A stretch of DNA of 64,000 nt from the NCBI GenBank assembly GCA_963793135.1, contig CAWBYX010000028.1, positions 119,886-183,885 on the forward strand, read 5' to 3'. How positions within the stretch are numbered: the first letter of the stretch is position 1; each line of letters begins with the position of its first letter. The position numbers were made by a program, and so were the translations under genes. Source of the DNA: an uncultured Verrucomicrobiae bacterium. Lineage in GTDB: Bacteria > Verrucomicrobiota > Verrucomicrobiia > Chthoniobacterales > JAFAMB01. Under the pieces are notes generated by a model that was not told where the DNA came from, ran no database searches, and worked only from the letters and a program-made list of their open reading frames with translations. This document shows positions 8,099-18,500 of the stretch, piece by piece.

Positions 8099-11000
8099 TC
8101 AGGACAGCAACTCGGTGAGTTTTGTCCGGAGGATTTCCTCATCTCGAACCGAGTAGCCTGGATCAGCCTTCAGGCGGACCTCGTGGCCGTCGAGCGAATG
8201 GAAACGCAGATAAAGCGGCTGTGCCCCTGGGAATTGGCAGACCAGGTCGCGGATGGCGATCAAACGTTCTTCATCGACCTTTTCCATAGAGATGTCGATT
8301 GTCAGGGCCTTGGTTGACTTTCGGCTGTTCAGTGGCCCGATTTCATTTGCCACGATCCGGATGTTTTCCTCCCGCTTGTCCAATTTCCCGGTGATCGCGA
8401 CAATTCTTCCTTTATCAATCTGTTTGGCTGCTTTCGCGTAGACCTCTCCCCAAACCATGACCTCGACGGATCCGGTAAAGTCTTCAACCGTCAGGATGGC
8501 AAACGGCTTTCCCTCTTTGCGGGTAAGCTTCTTGTCAAAGGCAGAGATCGAACCGGCAATTTTGGCTGTGCCCTTGTCCTCCTGTTCGGCTAGATCACTG
8601 ATTTTCGTATACCCTCCTCCCTCGATACTCTCTCGATAGGCGTCCAGCGGATGTCCGGTTACGTAGAAGCCCAAGAGGTCTCTTTCATGCCCTAGCTTTT
8701 CGGCGATCGACCAAGGCGTGAAATGGACTTTGTCACCGTTTGCTTTTGGAGTCGCCGCCATCTCCAGCTCGCCAAATAACGAAACCTGGCCGCTTCGTCT
8801 GTCCCTGTGCGCGGAGGCACCGGCGGACAAAGCTTGATCGATTCCCTCAAACAGTTCCGCACGATCTTTCCCGGTGAAATCGAAGGCTCCAGCCCGGATC
8901 AGATTTTCCAGGATCTTGCGGTTGACCGACTTGGAATCCAGGCGGCTGCAGTAATCCTCGACAGATTTGAACGGACCATTCTTTTGACGTTCGATGATCG
9001 CAGATTCCATGGCGGCTTCGCCGATATTTTTGATCGCGGCGAGACCGTATCGAATACCCCGCTGCTCGGCGTGCGTTTCAGGGACAAACTTTAAATGGCT
9101 CCGGTTGACGTCCGGGGCCAGAATCGATATCCCGAGTCTCTGGCATTCCGCGACAAAGACGGCAATTTTATCCGTGTTGTTAACTTCGTTGCTGAGTAGT
9201 CCGGCCATGAATTCAACCGGATAATTCGCTTTCAGATAAGCGGTTCGATAGCTGATCAACCCATAAGCGGCGCTGTGACTCTTATTGAAACCGTATCCGG
9301 CGAACTTTTCGAGGAGATCGAAAATGGCATTGGCTTTCTTTTCGTCGATGCCGTTTACCCGAGCGCATCCCGCGATAAAGTTGACGCGTTCCTTCGCCAT
9401 CTTCACCTTGTCCTTTTTCCCCATCGCTCGCCGGAGAAGATCGGCCTGACCAAGGGTGTATCCGGCCAGAACGTTCGCTGCACGCTGGACCTGTTCCTGG
9501 TAGATCATGATCCCGTACGTATTGGCGCAGACCTCTTTCAGCAGCGGATGCTCATATTTGATTTTGGTCTGGCCCTTCTTGCGCTTGATGTAGTCGGGAA
9601 TCAGCTCCATGGGGCCGGGGCGATAGAGCGCGATCAGGGCGATGATATCGTCGATACTATTGACATCGAACTGTTTGCAGAGATTCACCATTCCCCCGGA
9701 TTCCAACTGAAACACGCCAATCGTTTCGCCGCGATTGAGCAGTTCAAACGTAGGTCGATCATCGAGTGGCAGCGCTTCGAGTGAAAAATCCGGGTGCCGA
9801 TCCCGAATCAGGGCCGTTGCATCCTGCAGAACCGTGAGTGTTTTAAGCCCAAGGAAATCCATCTTCAACATGCCCAGGTCCGTGAGCGGGCCCATCGCAT
9901 ACTGGGTCACGACTTCATCGTCGTTGCCGCGGCAAAGAGGAATGTAGTTGTCGAGCGGACGATCGCCGATCACCACGCCCGCAGCGTGAATACCGGTGTT
10001 CCGAGTCAGACCTTCCAGAACGGTCGCGTAGCTCCAAAGTTGCTGCGTGCTCTCTTCGGTTTCGACGGCTTGCTTCAATTCCGGGTTCTTCTCAAAAGCG
10101 CCTTTCAGCGTGATCCCGAGTTCGTTCGGGATCATCTTTGCGATGCGATCGCCATCCGAATAACTGAGGCCCATCACCCGGCCAACGTCTCGAACCACGC
10201 TCTTGGCCCCTAGCGTGCCAAAGGTGATAATCTGCGAGACTGCGCGCGCACCATACTTTCGCCGCACGTACTCAATCACTTCACCTCTTCGGTTCTGGCA
10301 GAAATCGACATCGATATCTGGCGGGCTCACACGTTCCGGATTGAGAAACCGCTCGAAAATCAGCTCAAATCGCAGCGGGTCAAGATCGGTGATCCCCAGG
10401 ACATAGGCTGCGAGCGATCCTGCCGCGGAGCCGCGTCCGGGCCCCACCGGGATGCCATGTTGTTTTGCGTAATGGATAAAATCCCAGACAATGAGGAAAT
10501 AGCTGACGAATCCGGCCTTCTCCAGGACCGATAGTTCATATCCTAAGCGTTGCCGAAGTTCCTGGTCGGTTTCGGCTCGGTCCCCGTATCGCTCTCGCAA
10601 ACCGCTCTCGCAAAGCTCGCGAAGGTATCCTTCACGCGTTTTCCCTTCCGGCGGCGCGTAATCCGGGTATTTCGAAACGCCAAACTCAAGTTTGAGATCG
10701 CAGGCTTCCGCGATGCGAAGCGTGTTGGTCAGGGCTTCTGGAAGGTCGCGAAAAATGGCCCGCATTTCCTCTGCAGATTTGAAATAGACTTCGGTCGGAT
10801 AATGCATCCGGCGTTCGTCGTGGACCATTGACCCGGTGCCGATACAGATCATGACGTCGTGCGCTTCATGATGGGATCGCTCCAGAAAGTGGACATCGTT
10901 TGCAGCCACCAAGGGGAGTTCCATTTTCTTGGAAATCTCCAGAAGCGCTCGGTTACAGAGGTGTTGCGCCTCCAGTCCGTGATCATGAAGTTCGAGATAA

Positions 11001-11521
11001 AAGTTTTCCGGTCCGAATATTTCGGCGAAATCGGCGGCGGATTTCTGTGCCTTACTCAGGTCGCCCGCCTGGATCGCCATATTGATTTCGCCTTTCAAGC
11101 AGGCGCTCATACCGATCAGTCCCTCGCTGTGCTTCGCGAGTAACTCTTTGTCGATCCGTGGCTTATAGTGGAAACCTTCGAGATGCGCGGCGGAGACGAG
11201 TTTCACCAGATTGTGATAACCGCGAAGGTTCTTTGCCAGCAGGGTGAAGTGGAAGGCGGCGTCGCGGGCAGATGAAGCGCTTTTGTCGATCATCGAGCCG
11301 GGTGCCATGTAGACTTCGCATCCGATAATGGGTTTTACGGCTGCCTTCTCGGCCGCCTGATAGAACTCGATCGCACCGTAAAGGTTGCCATGATCGGTCA
11401 TCGCCACAGCGGGCATCCCTAACTCGGCTGCCTTTTTCATCAGATCGGGTATCCGAATAGCGCCATCCAGGAGCGAGTATTCCGTATGAAGATGGAGGTG
11501 GACGAATGGGTCGGTCGACAT
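8099..11521 (-). CDS. dnaE: DNA polymerase III subunit alpha.
   Basis: 1140 aa. PHP domain at the N-terminus (FVHLHLHTEYSLLDGA), polymerase core (GLLKMDFLGLKTLT) and a C-terminal OB region. The reading frame is intact. Confidence 0.97.
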   Translation of the reverse strand: MSTDPFVHLHLHTEYSLLDGAIRIPDLMKKAAELGMPAVAMTDHGNLYGAIEFYQAAEKAAVKPIIGCEVYMAPGSMIDKSASSARDAAFHFTLLAKNLRGYHNLVKLVSAAHLEGFHYKPRIDKELLAKHSEGLIGMSACLKGEINMAIQAGDLSKAQKSAADFAEIFGPENFYLELHDHGLEAQHLCNRALLEISKKMELPLVAANDVHFLERSHHEAHDVMICIGTGSMVHDERRMHYPTEVYFKSAEEMRAIFRDLPEALTNTLRIAEACDLKLEFGVSKYPDYAPPEGKTREGYLRELCESGLRERYGDRAETDQELRQRLGYELSVLEKAGFVSYFLIVWDFIHYAKQHGIPVGPGRGSAAGSLAAYVLGITDLDPLRFELIFERFLNPERVSPPDIDVDFCQNRRGEVIEYVRRKYGARAVSQIITFGTLGAKSVVRDVGRVMGLSYSDGDRIAKMIPNELGITLKGAFEKNPELKQAVETEESTQQLWSYATVLEGLTRNTGIHAAGVVIGDRPLDNYIPLCRGNDDEVVTQYAMGPLTDLGMLKMDFLGLKTLTVLQDATALIRDRHPDFSLEALPLDDRPTFELLNRGETIGVFQLESGGMVNLCKQFDVNSIDDIIALIALYRPGPMELIPDYIKRKKGQTKIKYEHPLLKEVCANTYGIMIYQEQVQRAANVLAGYTLGQADLLRRAMGKKDKVKMAKERVNFIAGCARVNGIDEKKANAIFDLLEKFAGYGFNKSHSAAYGLISYRTAYLKANYPVEFMAGLLSNEVNNTDKIAVFVAECQRLGISILAPDVNRSHLKFVPETHAEQRGIRYGLAAIKNIGEAAMESAIIERQKNGPFKSVEDYCSRLDSKSVNRKILENLIRAGAFDFTGKDRAELFEGIDQALSAGASAHRDRRSGQVSLFGELEMAATPKANGDKVHFTPWSIAEKLGHERDLLGFYVTGHPLDAYRESIEGGGYTKISDLAEQEDKGTAKIAGSISAFDKKLTRKEGKPFAILTVEDFTGSVEVMVWGEVYAKAAKQIDKGRIVAITGKLDKREENIRIVANEIGPLNSRKSTKALTIDISMEKVDEERLIAIRDLVCQFPGAQPLYLRFHSLDGHEVRLKADPGYSVRDEEILRTKLTELLS

Positions 11522-11608
11522 TGGAACCTAACCTACCCGCTCCGGGCCTCTCCATCAACGGCGCGGGTTTGGCATTTCCGTATTTTGTGGCAGACTAGAG
11601 CCTCTCAA

Positions 11609-11690
11609 GCCGAGGTGGCGAAATTGGCAGACGCGCCAGACTTAGGATCTGGTGGAGCAATCCTTAGGGGTTCGAGTCCCCTCCTCGGTA
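11609..11690 (+). tRNA. tRNA-Leu, anticodon UAG.
   Basis: Hand-folded: acceptor gccgagg / cctcggt (G1-U72 wobble), anticodon stem ccaga/tctgg with loop cTTAGga, a long variable arm, T arm agggg-ttcgagt-cccct and discriminator A. No CCA is encoded. Confidence 0.85.
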
Positions 11691-11945
11691 AAGACTTACT
11701 CTGGAGAACTTCCTTCCTTGCCAGTTTACGGCAGCGGCAATTTTGCTATAACTAGACCGAATGGCATTTTGCTGGACTGGCTATTGCGGTTGCTGTTTAT
11801 ATTAAAAAGTGCGGATAATTTTGGAAATAACACTATTGAAGACGTCATCTCAAAAGGCGCAACTTAGGTTGGACCTTCACGAAGCCACGGCTAGAACTAT
11901 CTCGCCTTCAAACGGGGAAAGGTCTTTGATGCCGCAGGAGGCAAA

Positions 11946-12497
11946 ATGAAAATAGGACGGCACTTTGGAATTGCTCTTCTCGCCATCCTCGTGGTCGCCG
12001 GAGTTTCGTCTTGTTGTTCAATAAGAAGCTATCTGGCTTTTCGTGACATCGGGCCGGACGCAATATTCCAGCCAAAGGCTTCGTCGGTGTACGTGACGCT
12101 GATTTTGCGCAATATTTCGCCTTCTGCCGTTATCGATTGGAAAGTCGCGTCCGAACAAATGTGCACACATTCCACTGGCAGGATAAGAGGAGATATCGGG
12201 TCTTTTGAGCAGACCTGGGATATGGGCACTCCAGAACAGCGTATCTGGTTCTGGTGGGATACTTTGTGGGGCGAGGCTGACGCTACTGTCATGGTGAACA
12301 ACATCGTACTATTCCAAGGTCATTGCGTTAATTCTAGCTACGGCAAAGTCTCAATGATCGCGACGTGCATCGATCCTCAAGACTATAAGACGGGGGGTAC
12401 GGGACCTTTTCTCAAAGAGCCGATAGGCCTGAATGAAACCAATATCGTTTTCGCCACTTCGGGTCTGCCTCCGCGCTTCGGAACGATTGGCAACTAG
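11946..12497 (+). CDS. Hypothetical lipoprotein.
   Basis: Signal peptide plus Cys (MKIGRHFGIALLAILVVAGVSSCCS). I recognise no family. Confidence 0.5.
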   Translation: MKIGRHFGIALLAILVVAGVSSCCSIRSYLAFRDIGPDAIFQPKASSVYVTLILRNISPSAVIDWKVASEQMCTHSTGRIRGDIGSFEQTWDMGTPEQRIWFWWDTLWGEADATVMVNNIVLFQGHCVNSSYGKVSMIATCIDPQDYKTGGTGPFLKEPIGLNETNIVFATSGLPPRFGTIGN

Positions 12498-12640
12498 TGC
12501 TTAGTTGCCTGCTGACTAAGTAATGATCGAATAGCCGTTTCGAATGCGGGCGATACGGGGGCATGCCGATTTTCAGCGAAGCTTTTCATCTTGCCATCGC
12601 CGGTTTTTCCTGGTCAAAAGCGAAGACGCCCTTCAGCTCA

Positions 12641-13060
12641 ATGAACAGCAAGATCTTTCTTTTCCTCGTTTTATTTCTGATCGCAGGTTCCGGCTTTGCC
12701 GAAGATGCGATGAAATTCGTTTCGCCGGACAAGTCGACGACACTTGTGATAGACAAATCCGGCAAAAGAGACGTTGCCGAGTTGCAGTCCGGGAAGAGAG
12801 TGCATCGGCTCTTTTATGAGGATCTAGACTCCATTTTCAAGCCGAAGCTCGCGGAGGCGTTTGGCGCCTCTCTAGACAAAGTTGGGAAGATTGTGCTCCC
12901 GACATTTACCAGCGCGCGCTGGATCTCTGCAGACGAAGTGGAAATTAAAGGGGAATCAGTCGTGATCATTAACGACGGCGACGGTGATGAATTCACTTTT
13001 ACAGCGTCGGTTTCGAAGTCGGGCAACGTGAAACAGTTAACGGTGACTCCGAAGAAATAG
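12641..13060 (+). CDS. Hypothetical secreted protein.
   Basis: An internal Met gives a classical signal peptide (MNSKIFLFLVLFLIAGSGFAEDA). The ORF-track start at 12563 is probably too far upstream. Confidence 0.5.
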   Translation: MNSKIFLFLVLFLIAGSGFAEDAMKFVSPDKSTTLVIDKSGKRDVAELQSGKRVHRLFYEDLDSIFKPKLAEAFGASLDKVGKIVLPTFTSARWISADEVEIKGESVVIINDGDGDEFTFTASVSKSGNVKQLTVTPKK

Positions 13061-13160
13061 TGTCGGTGCCAGTGCCAGTGTCAGTGGGAATGGAAACGTG
13101 CCTGGAAAAGGCGCCTTTGCCCCTCATTTAAGGATCACTTTACCGCTGATCTCCGTGTTC

Positions 13161-13427
13161 TTACTCCAGATGATTTCTTTTTAAAATGCCTCTCAGCGTT
13201 TCGTTGAATTTCAATACGGCCTCGTCTTGCTCTTCGATCCGACTAAGACTCATAAAAAGGAGCTGCTCGCCGTGAGGTGAAGAGTTCACGAGATGCTTAA
13301 AAAGAGTCGCCAAATCTTTGACATCCGTTTCAAGTTGCCGAAGCCGCTCGCCGTAGTCGCCTGGCTCTTTTGGTTGCGATCCTTGGATCTGTTCCCAATC
13401 GTCCGATCGTTGCTTTTCTTCAGACAT
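13161..13427 (-). CDS. Hypothetical small protein (88 aa).
   Basis: An ORF with a balanced, charged composition. No family recognised. Confidence 0.3.
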   Translation of the reverse strand: MSEEKQRSDDWEQIQGSQPKEPGDYGERLRQLETDVKDLATLFKHLVNSSPHGEQLLFMSLSRIEEQDEAVLKFNETLRGILKRNHLE

Positions 13428-13512
13428 AGGCGCGAGTATGCCATTTCGGTAAGAGGTGGCAAAGCTGATTGGTGAGGTTTTATTGCGGAAAGCAGGTTAG
13501 AATCTTCGCCCG

Positions 13513-14017
13513 ATGAACCTGAACCGAGATCTTGAGATAATTGCAAAGCAGGAGCGGGAACTGGTGTTCCCTGAATTCGACGAAGAGACTGCCTGGAAGC
13601 TGGGATCGAGATTGCGCGAACTGGCGTTGGCCCGGCGGTTACCGGTAGCGATTGAGATAAAGCGAATTGGCCAACCGCTCTTCTACAGCGCCTATGGGCG
13701 GCAGCACTCCGGATAATGCGGAATGGGTAAGGCGCAAAGGTAACATCGTGGTGCGTTTCCACCGAAGTTCGTACGCGATCGGCTTAGAGCTGAAACGTAC
13801 CAACTCGACCCTGGCCGAAAAGTTCGAGCTCCCGTCGGCGGACTATGCCTCGCATGGTGGATCGTTCCCCTTGAAGGTGGCTGGAGCCGGGATAATCGGT
13901 TCCGTAACGGTATCCGGGCTCCCACAGCGGGCGGACCACGAGTTGGTGGTGGAAGTTCTTTGCGAACTGCTGGGGAGAGATGGCCTGGACTTTGCTTTAC
14001 CGAGCCAGGAAGAGTGA
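13513..14017 (+). CDS. UPF0303 / heme-degrading-domain (GlcG/HbpS-like) family protein, interrupted by one +1 frameshift near 13693.
   Basis: ORF 13513..13716 (..[44 protein letters not shown]) continues in the next frame as ..[55 protein letters not shown]. The 505-nt span equals 3n+1. Confidence 0.65.
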
Positions 14018-14034
14018 TGAGTGAGGAGTATGCT

Positions 14035-14176
14035 GGAGTTCAGGAGTTGCAGGAGTTCAGGACGATTCAGATCAGAAAAGATGAGTGGCAAATCAAGATT
14101 TTCTCGCAGGACATCCTCGACGGTACCGATCGCTCCCGATTCTGCAACTCCTGAACTCCTGCAACTCCTGAACTCC
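14035..14176. repeat. Perfect 28-nt inverted repeat with an 86-nt spacer: arms 14035-14062 and 14149-14176.
   Basis: The left arm is ggagttcaggagttgcaggagttcagga. The right arm, tcctgaactcctgcaactcctgaactcc, is its exact reverse complement. A third copy is at 60080-60109. Confidence 0.9.
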
Positions 14177-14183
14177 TGCTTTA

Positions 14184-14420
14184 TCACCCCGTCTGATTCT
14201 GAATCTCGGTGAATGTCACGGAGGTGACGTCGACGCCGGTGGTCTGATCCGGACTTAGAATCTCAATCCAGCCCGGAGCTATCTCTACGACCAATCGACT
14301 GTACGGGCTAACCCAAGCCTGCTCGCGGCTGACAATATGGATCGAATTGCCACCGGTGCGGTGGATCGTAAACGGGTGCCAATCTTTGGCCTTCAATAGG
14401 TCCCTGATCCGATCAATCAT
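14184..14420 (-). CDS. Hypothetical small protein (78 aa).
   Basis: ORF only. The composition is plausible for a protein. No family recognised. Confidence 0.3.
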   Translation of the reverse strand: MIDRIRDLLKAKDWHPFTIHRTGGNSIHIVSREQAWVSPYSRLVVEIAPGWIEILSPDQTTGVDVTSVTFTEIQNQTG

Positions 14421-14672
14421 GAGTTATGGCTAATCCTAAAAGCGTTTGGATACAAGCCTTGTACTGACCATTTTGGTCCTCGCCATTCTCTTTGGGTAAC
14501 TTGATTTGCCGGTCCATTTTGCGCGGCGCTCGGCTAGAAAAAAGAAGGCATCGCACAGAGGTTCACCAAGGACACAGAGGAGATCGAACAAATGGCGCTT
14601 CTCCTAAACGGGCCTTAAATGGCGGGACGCGTCCTGCAGCCGCCCGAAGACGAAAGTTCAACGGTTCAAAAT

Positions 14673-15836
14673 TCAGGAGACCAATCTCCTAGAGCCCGGG
14701 GCGTATCTGAAACCGCTCAATCGAGGTAACTCGTGGAGCCCTTTGGCGAGGAGCAAGAATTTGAAAGCCATACCCATGTTCCCAGGATGCATCAGCGTTC
14801 GGTACGGTCCGAGAAATGCCGTGTGAGCCGATGCCAATCCGCCGGTTTGGACCTCCTTTTCAAGCGCCAGGAGCCGCGACTCGCCTGCGCCGACCATAAA
14901 ATGGTGCTGGTCGAGATACCCGGCCACGCGGAGAGAAACTTTTTCAGCAGCTTCGGCAAGCGATGTAAAATCGACATGGGTCGTAATGTCGATTTCTCCC
15001 GGGCGCTCCAGCGGATTGTAAGACCGCCGGTGTCTCGAATAACAGGACAGCGTGCCCTCCGTGCGTTCCGGCTGATAGTATTCGTCACGCGAGAATCCGT
15101 AATCGACAATCAACACAAATCCCTGCTCGAGTCTGGTATTGACTGCCTGGATCCAACGGTTGGCTGCCAGGTTCACTTCGGTTCTGTACGGTGGCGTAAC
15201 AGGCACTGGAATTTTATCAATGGCCTGAACCAGTTCCGGCGCTTCGATCTTCGCGGGAACGAAGCAGAAATCTCTCTCGGAAATATCCACCCAAAGTTCT
15301 GACCATTCGCCGTCTCGGTAGAGGACTATGTGGACAGGCATGGCATCCACCAGTTCATTCGAGATGAAGGCACCGATGACGTTATCCAGATCGTGTAACC
15401 CGGTCAGCCATGTTACTTTCTCGAGAATGGTGGGTTCCATCCGTGCCCGTTGTTGAAGCTGCTTGTTGGGTATCGGCTCCAGGATGGTGTAGCGAATGCA
15501 GGCGGCGGCTTCGATGCATTCTTTTGTGATTGCGGACAAGATATCGACTGCCAGTTGGCCATCTTCGGCCCCTTCTTCGACGATGGTGAACCGTGGCGGG
15601 TTGCCAAGGAGCTTCCACATCTCGATGAGCTGAGAAGCCAATAACTCCCCGTAGAGCGGGCCGACACTGACATTGGTGTAGTAGTCTCCTTGCCGGCCGA
15701 TCCGGAGACGTGTCGACGCGTAATAGCCGTATTCCGGGTGGTACAACGCCTGCTCCATAAACCAGGGAAAAGGGACGGGGCCGTATCGACGGAGATGGTT
15801 CCGGATGAGGTTGACGAGCGGCGAAGATCCTGGCAT
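14673..15836 (-). CDS. SAM-dependent methyltransferase, MidA/NDUFAF7 (DUF185) family.
   Basis: FPWFMEQALYHPEYGYYAS...GDYYTNVSVGPLYGELLA...IVEEGAEDGQLAVDIL. The start is probably the Met at 15836. Confidence 0.75.
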   Translation of the reverse strand: MPGSSPLVNLIRNHLRRYGPVPFPWFMEQALYHPEYGYYASTRLRIGRQGDYYTNVSVGPLYGELLASQLIEMWKLLGNPPRFTIVEEGAEDGQLAVDILSAITKECIEAAACIRYTILEPIPNKQLQQRARMEPTILEKVTWLTGLHDLDNVIGAFISNELVDAMPVHIVLYRDGEWSELWVDISERDFCFVPAKIEAPELVQAIDKIPVPVTPPYRTEVNLAANRWIQAVNTRLEQGFVLIVDYGFSRDEYYQPERTEGTLSCYSRHRRSYNPLERPGEIDITTHVDFTSLAEAAEKVSLRVAGYLDQHHFMVGAGESRLLALEKEVQTGGLASAHTAFLGPYRTLMHPGNMGMAFKFLLLAKGLHELPRLSGFRYAPGSRRLVS

Positions 15837-16006
15837 CGGGCAGCGGAGCATTCGACAATGGAAAAATCGATCGGATAGTCAAACGAAAATCCTGGATAAA
15901 GCCGGACTGGTGTTTCTAAATTTTCCATTTGATCCGGGCGGCGGGTCGTGAAAGGGGTTGGTCCGCGCCTTTGTACATTCGACCGCGCCTTTATGATGAG
16001 TGAACC

Positions 16007-18487
16007 ATGAGTGAATTGGAGCGCCGCCGACCATTTTTTCTCCGACCGTTTTTTATCATCACGGTCGTGGTCCTATGTCTCTTAGGCGGGGCCGGGGCAT
16101 GGTTCGCGCTGGACTTTGTAGGCAAATACGAGAAGAAGGCTGCGGAATTCGATCTCGCAAAATTGGATGCAGTTGAGTCGGCGAGCGTGATCTACGACCG
16201 CTATGGACAGGTTTTCGGTAAGATTTTTATTCAAAATCGGGAACAAGTCCCGTTAGACCAGATTTCCCCGTACCTGGTCGATGCTGTGATCGCGGAGGAG
16301 GATAACCGCTTTTACGAACACAGCGGCGTTGACTTTTTCGGGATGTTTCGCGCGCTGCTCAAGAATACCCAGGCCGGCCGTATCCGGCAGGGTGCCAGCA
16401 CAGTCACCCAACAGCTGGCGAGGAACGTATTCGATCTTCGGGATCGCACTTACGATCGGAAAATACTCGAGGTTTTCCTCGCGATGCGGCTCGAACGGTT
16501 TGTGCCGAAGAAAAAGATCATGGAACTCTACCTCAACCGGGTCTACTTCGGAGGTGGCCTGTACGGGGCAGAGGCGGCGGCTAAGGGATACTTCGGAAAG
16601 CCCGCCAAAGAGCTTACGGTGGGAGAGGCAGCGATGCTGGCTGCTCTTTTGAAAAGTCCGAACAATCTGTCGCCGTGGCACAATTTAGAGGCCGCGACAC
16701 AGGAGCGGGATTTCGTTCTGGGCCGGATGGTCGAGGAGCATAAGATTTCTCAGCAAGTCGCCGATGCGGCAAGGCAACAGCCGCTCCAGGTACAGCCGAA
16801 GGGCAGCGTGGTGTCGCAGTCTTACGCGATCGATTTAATCCGGCAGCAGGTGCAGGGACAGATCGGGCTTGAGTCCATTGGAAGTCAGGGGTACCAAATC
16901 TACACCACCCTGGACCCCGTTCTTCAACGAACGGCTGAGGAATCACTTCAGCGTGAGTTGGAAAAGGTTGAGGAACAGCCCGAGTATCAGCATCAGAAAT
17001 ACGCTGACTACACGAGTTTTCTGAAGACGTGGAAAACCACGCATACGGCTCCCGCGACGCCTCCGCTCCCGGAATATCTGCAAGGATCTGTGGTGGCCGT
17101 GGACAATCGGACCGGAGGGATATTAGCGCTCGTCGGGGGACGCGATTTTTCCCAGAGCGAATACGATCGCGCGCTCCAGTCGAAGCGGCCGGCAGGAACT
17201 GCGTTTATTCCTTTGGTCTTCACAGCCGCGCTGGAAAAGGGGGTTTTTCCGGGTGCGTTGTTCGAAGACTCTCCTCTGGATAATCGTCAGGTGATGATCG
17301 GAGGCACCACTGGCATTCTGGGTGAGTGGGGGGTGGAACGGGCGGATAACCAGTACGAAGGGCCGCTGCCGATGCGCCGCATTTTTGCGATGTCGAAGAA
17401 CGCGGCGACGGTCCGAATCGGCGTGGAAGCGGGTCTCGATTCCGTGCTCAAGCTGGCGAAAAAAGCTGGGATTCAAGATGATCTGCGTCCTTATCCCGCA
17501 ACTTTTCTTGGGAGTAGCGATGTCACTCTGGCGGATCTGGTCACTTCTTACACCATGTTTCCTGGAAACGGTTCGCGCCCGGAGCGTTTGTTGCTGGTCA
17601 ATAAGATTGTAACACAAGATGGCCAGGAGATTTATCACTCGGAACCGCAACGGGTGAAAGTGATCGATCCGGGTGTCGCCTTCGAGATGCATTCCTTTTT
17701 AACGGAGGTCATGCAGACCGGGACGGCTTCGAATGCGCGCCAGCAATTCGGATTGAAGCAGTTTCCGGCTGCCGGAAAGACCGGCACAGCGTACAACTTT
17801 ACGGATGTCTGGTTTGTCGGGTACGATAGCGAGGTTACCTGCGGTGTGTGGGCTGGTTTCGATAAGCCTCAAACGATCATGCGCGGAGCATTTTCGAATC
17901 AAATAGCCTTGCCAGTTTGGACCGACATCATGAACGCTTCGCTGGCCAAGCAGCCTCCCAGAGAGCTGGGAAGACCGATCGATCTCAAGCGCGTTGAAGT
18001 CTGTCTTGATACCGGTCTGCCGGCCTCCCCGAAGTGTATGCTGACCTCGGTTGCGGATCCATGGTTGCCTCCGCGAAAAGGCACGTTTTTCGAGTTTTCG
18101 ACTGCCAAACAACTACCCAATGAAACTTGCTGGCTGCATGGAGATGATACCCGCTCCTTTGTGCGAAATCTTCGTTCGCAAGACGCTCCACGTGCCACAA
18201 ATGCGACCGACCCCGCTCAGACGGCTCCAGTGTTGGTTCGCGAAGCGACACTGCTGGGGGACGATCCCTATCAATCCGTAAAGCCGCGCCCCAAAGAACC
18301 GCCGCAGCTCGCCCAGGCGAAAGCTGATTGGACGCCAGCTCCTCGCGCTCTTCCTGTCGACAAACCCCCACCTGAAGTTCGCCGGGCGGAGCCAGCCGGC
18401 CCACTCGACCGCCAGCAGCAACCGCCACCAGTCGATTTACCGACGCCTCCGCCGGTGGACCTCAACGACGATCCGACGAATTTGTAG
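16007..18487 (+). CDS. Class A penicillin-binding protein (PBP1A-type transglycosylase/transpeptidase) with a Pro-rich C-terminal tail.
   Basis: GT51 motifs (AVIAEEDNRFYEHSGVD, GASTVTQQLARN, RKILEVFLAMRLE), a transpeptidase domain (KTGT..) and an N-terminal TM segment. Confidence 0.93.
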   Translation: MSELERRRPFFLRPFFIITVVVLCLLGGAGAWFALDFVGKYEKKAAEFDLAKLDAVESASVIYDRYGQVFGKIFIQNREQVPLDQISPYLVDAVIAEEDNRFYEHSGVDFFGMFRALLKNTQAGRIRQGASTVTQQLARNVFDLRDRTYDRKILEVFLAMRLERFVPKKKIMELYLNRVYFGGGLYGAEAAAKGYFGKPAKELTVGEAAMLAALLKSPNNLSPWHNLEAATQERDFVLGRMVEEHKISQQVADAARQQPLQVQPKGSVVSQSYAIDLIRQQVQGQIGLESIGSQGYQIYTTLDPVLQRTAEESLQRELEKVEEQPEYQHQKYADYTSFLKTWKTTHTAPATPPLPEYLQGSVVAVDNRTGGILALVGGRDFSQSEYDRALQSKRPAGTAFIPLVFTAALEKGVFPGALFEDSPLDNRQVMIGGTTGILGEWGVERADNQYEGPLPMRRIFAMSKNAATVRIGVEAGLDSVLKLAKKAGIQDDLRPYPATFLGSSDVTLADLVTSYTMFPGNGSRPERLLLVNKIVTQDGQEIYHSEPQRVKVIDPGVAFEMHSFLTEVMQTGTASNARQQFGLKQFPAAGKTGTAYNFTDVWFVGYDSEVTCGVWAGFDKPQTIMRGAFSNQIALPVWTDIMNASLAKQPPRELGRPIDLKRVEVCLDTGLPASPKCMLTSVADPWLPPRKGTFFEFSTAKQLPNETCWLHGDDTRSFVRNLRSQDAPRATNATDPAQTAPVLVREATLLGDDPYQSVKPRPKEPPQLAQAKADWTPAPRALPVDKPPPEVRRAEPAGPLDRQQQPPPVDLPTPPPVDLNDDPTNL

Positions 18488-18500
18488 TCGGCTTATACGA

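Noticed and set aside
13843-14212. ORFs overlapping the 28-nt inverted repeat (13843..14187, 13960..14154, 14021..14212) with SCRSSG / PELLQLLNS strings.
   Set aside because: They are mutually overlapping translations of the repeat arms in both orientations. The same peptide strings reappear at the 60080 copy.
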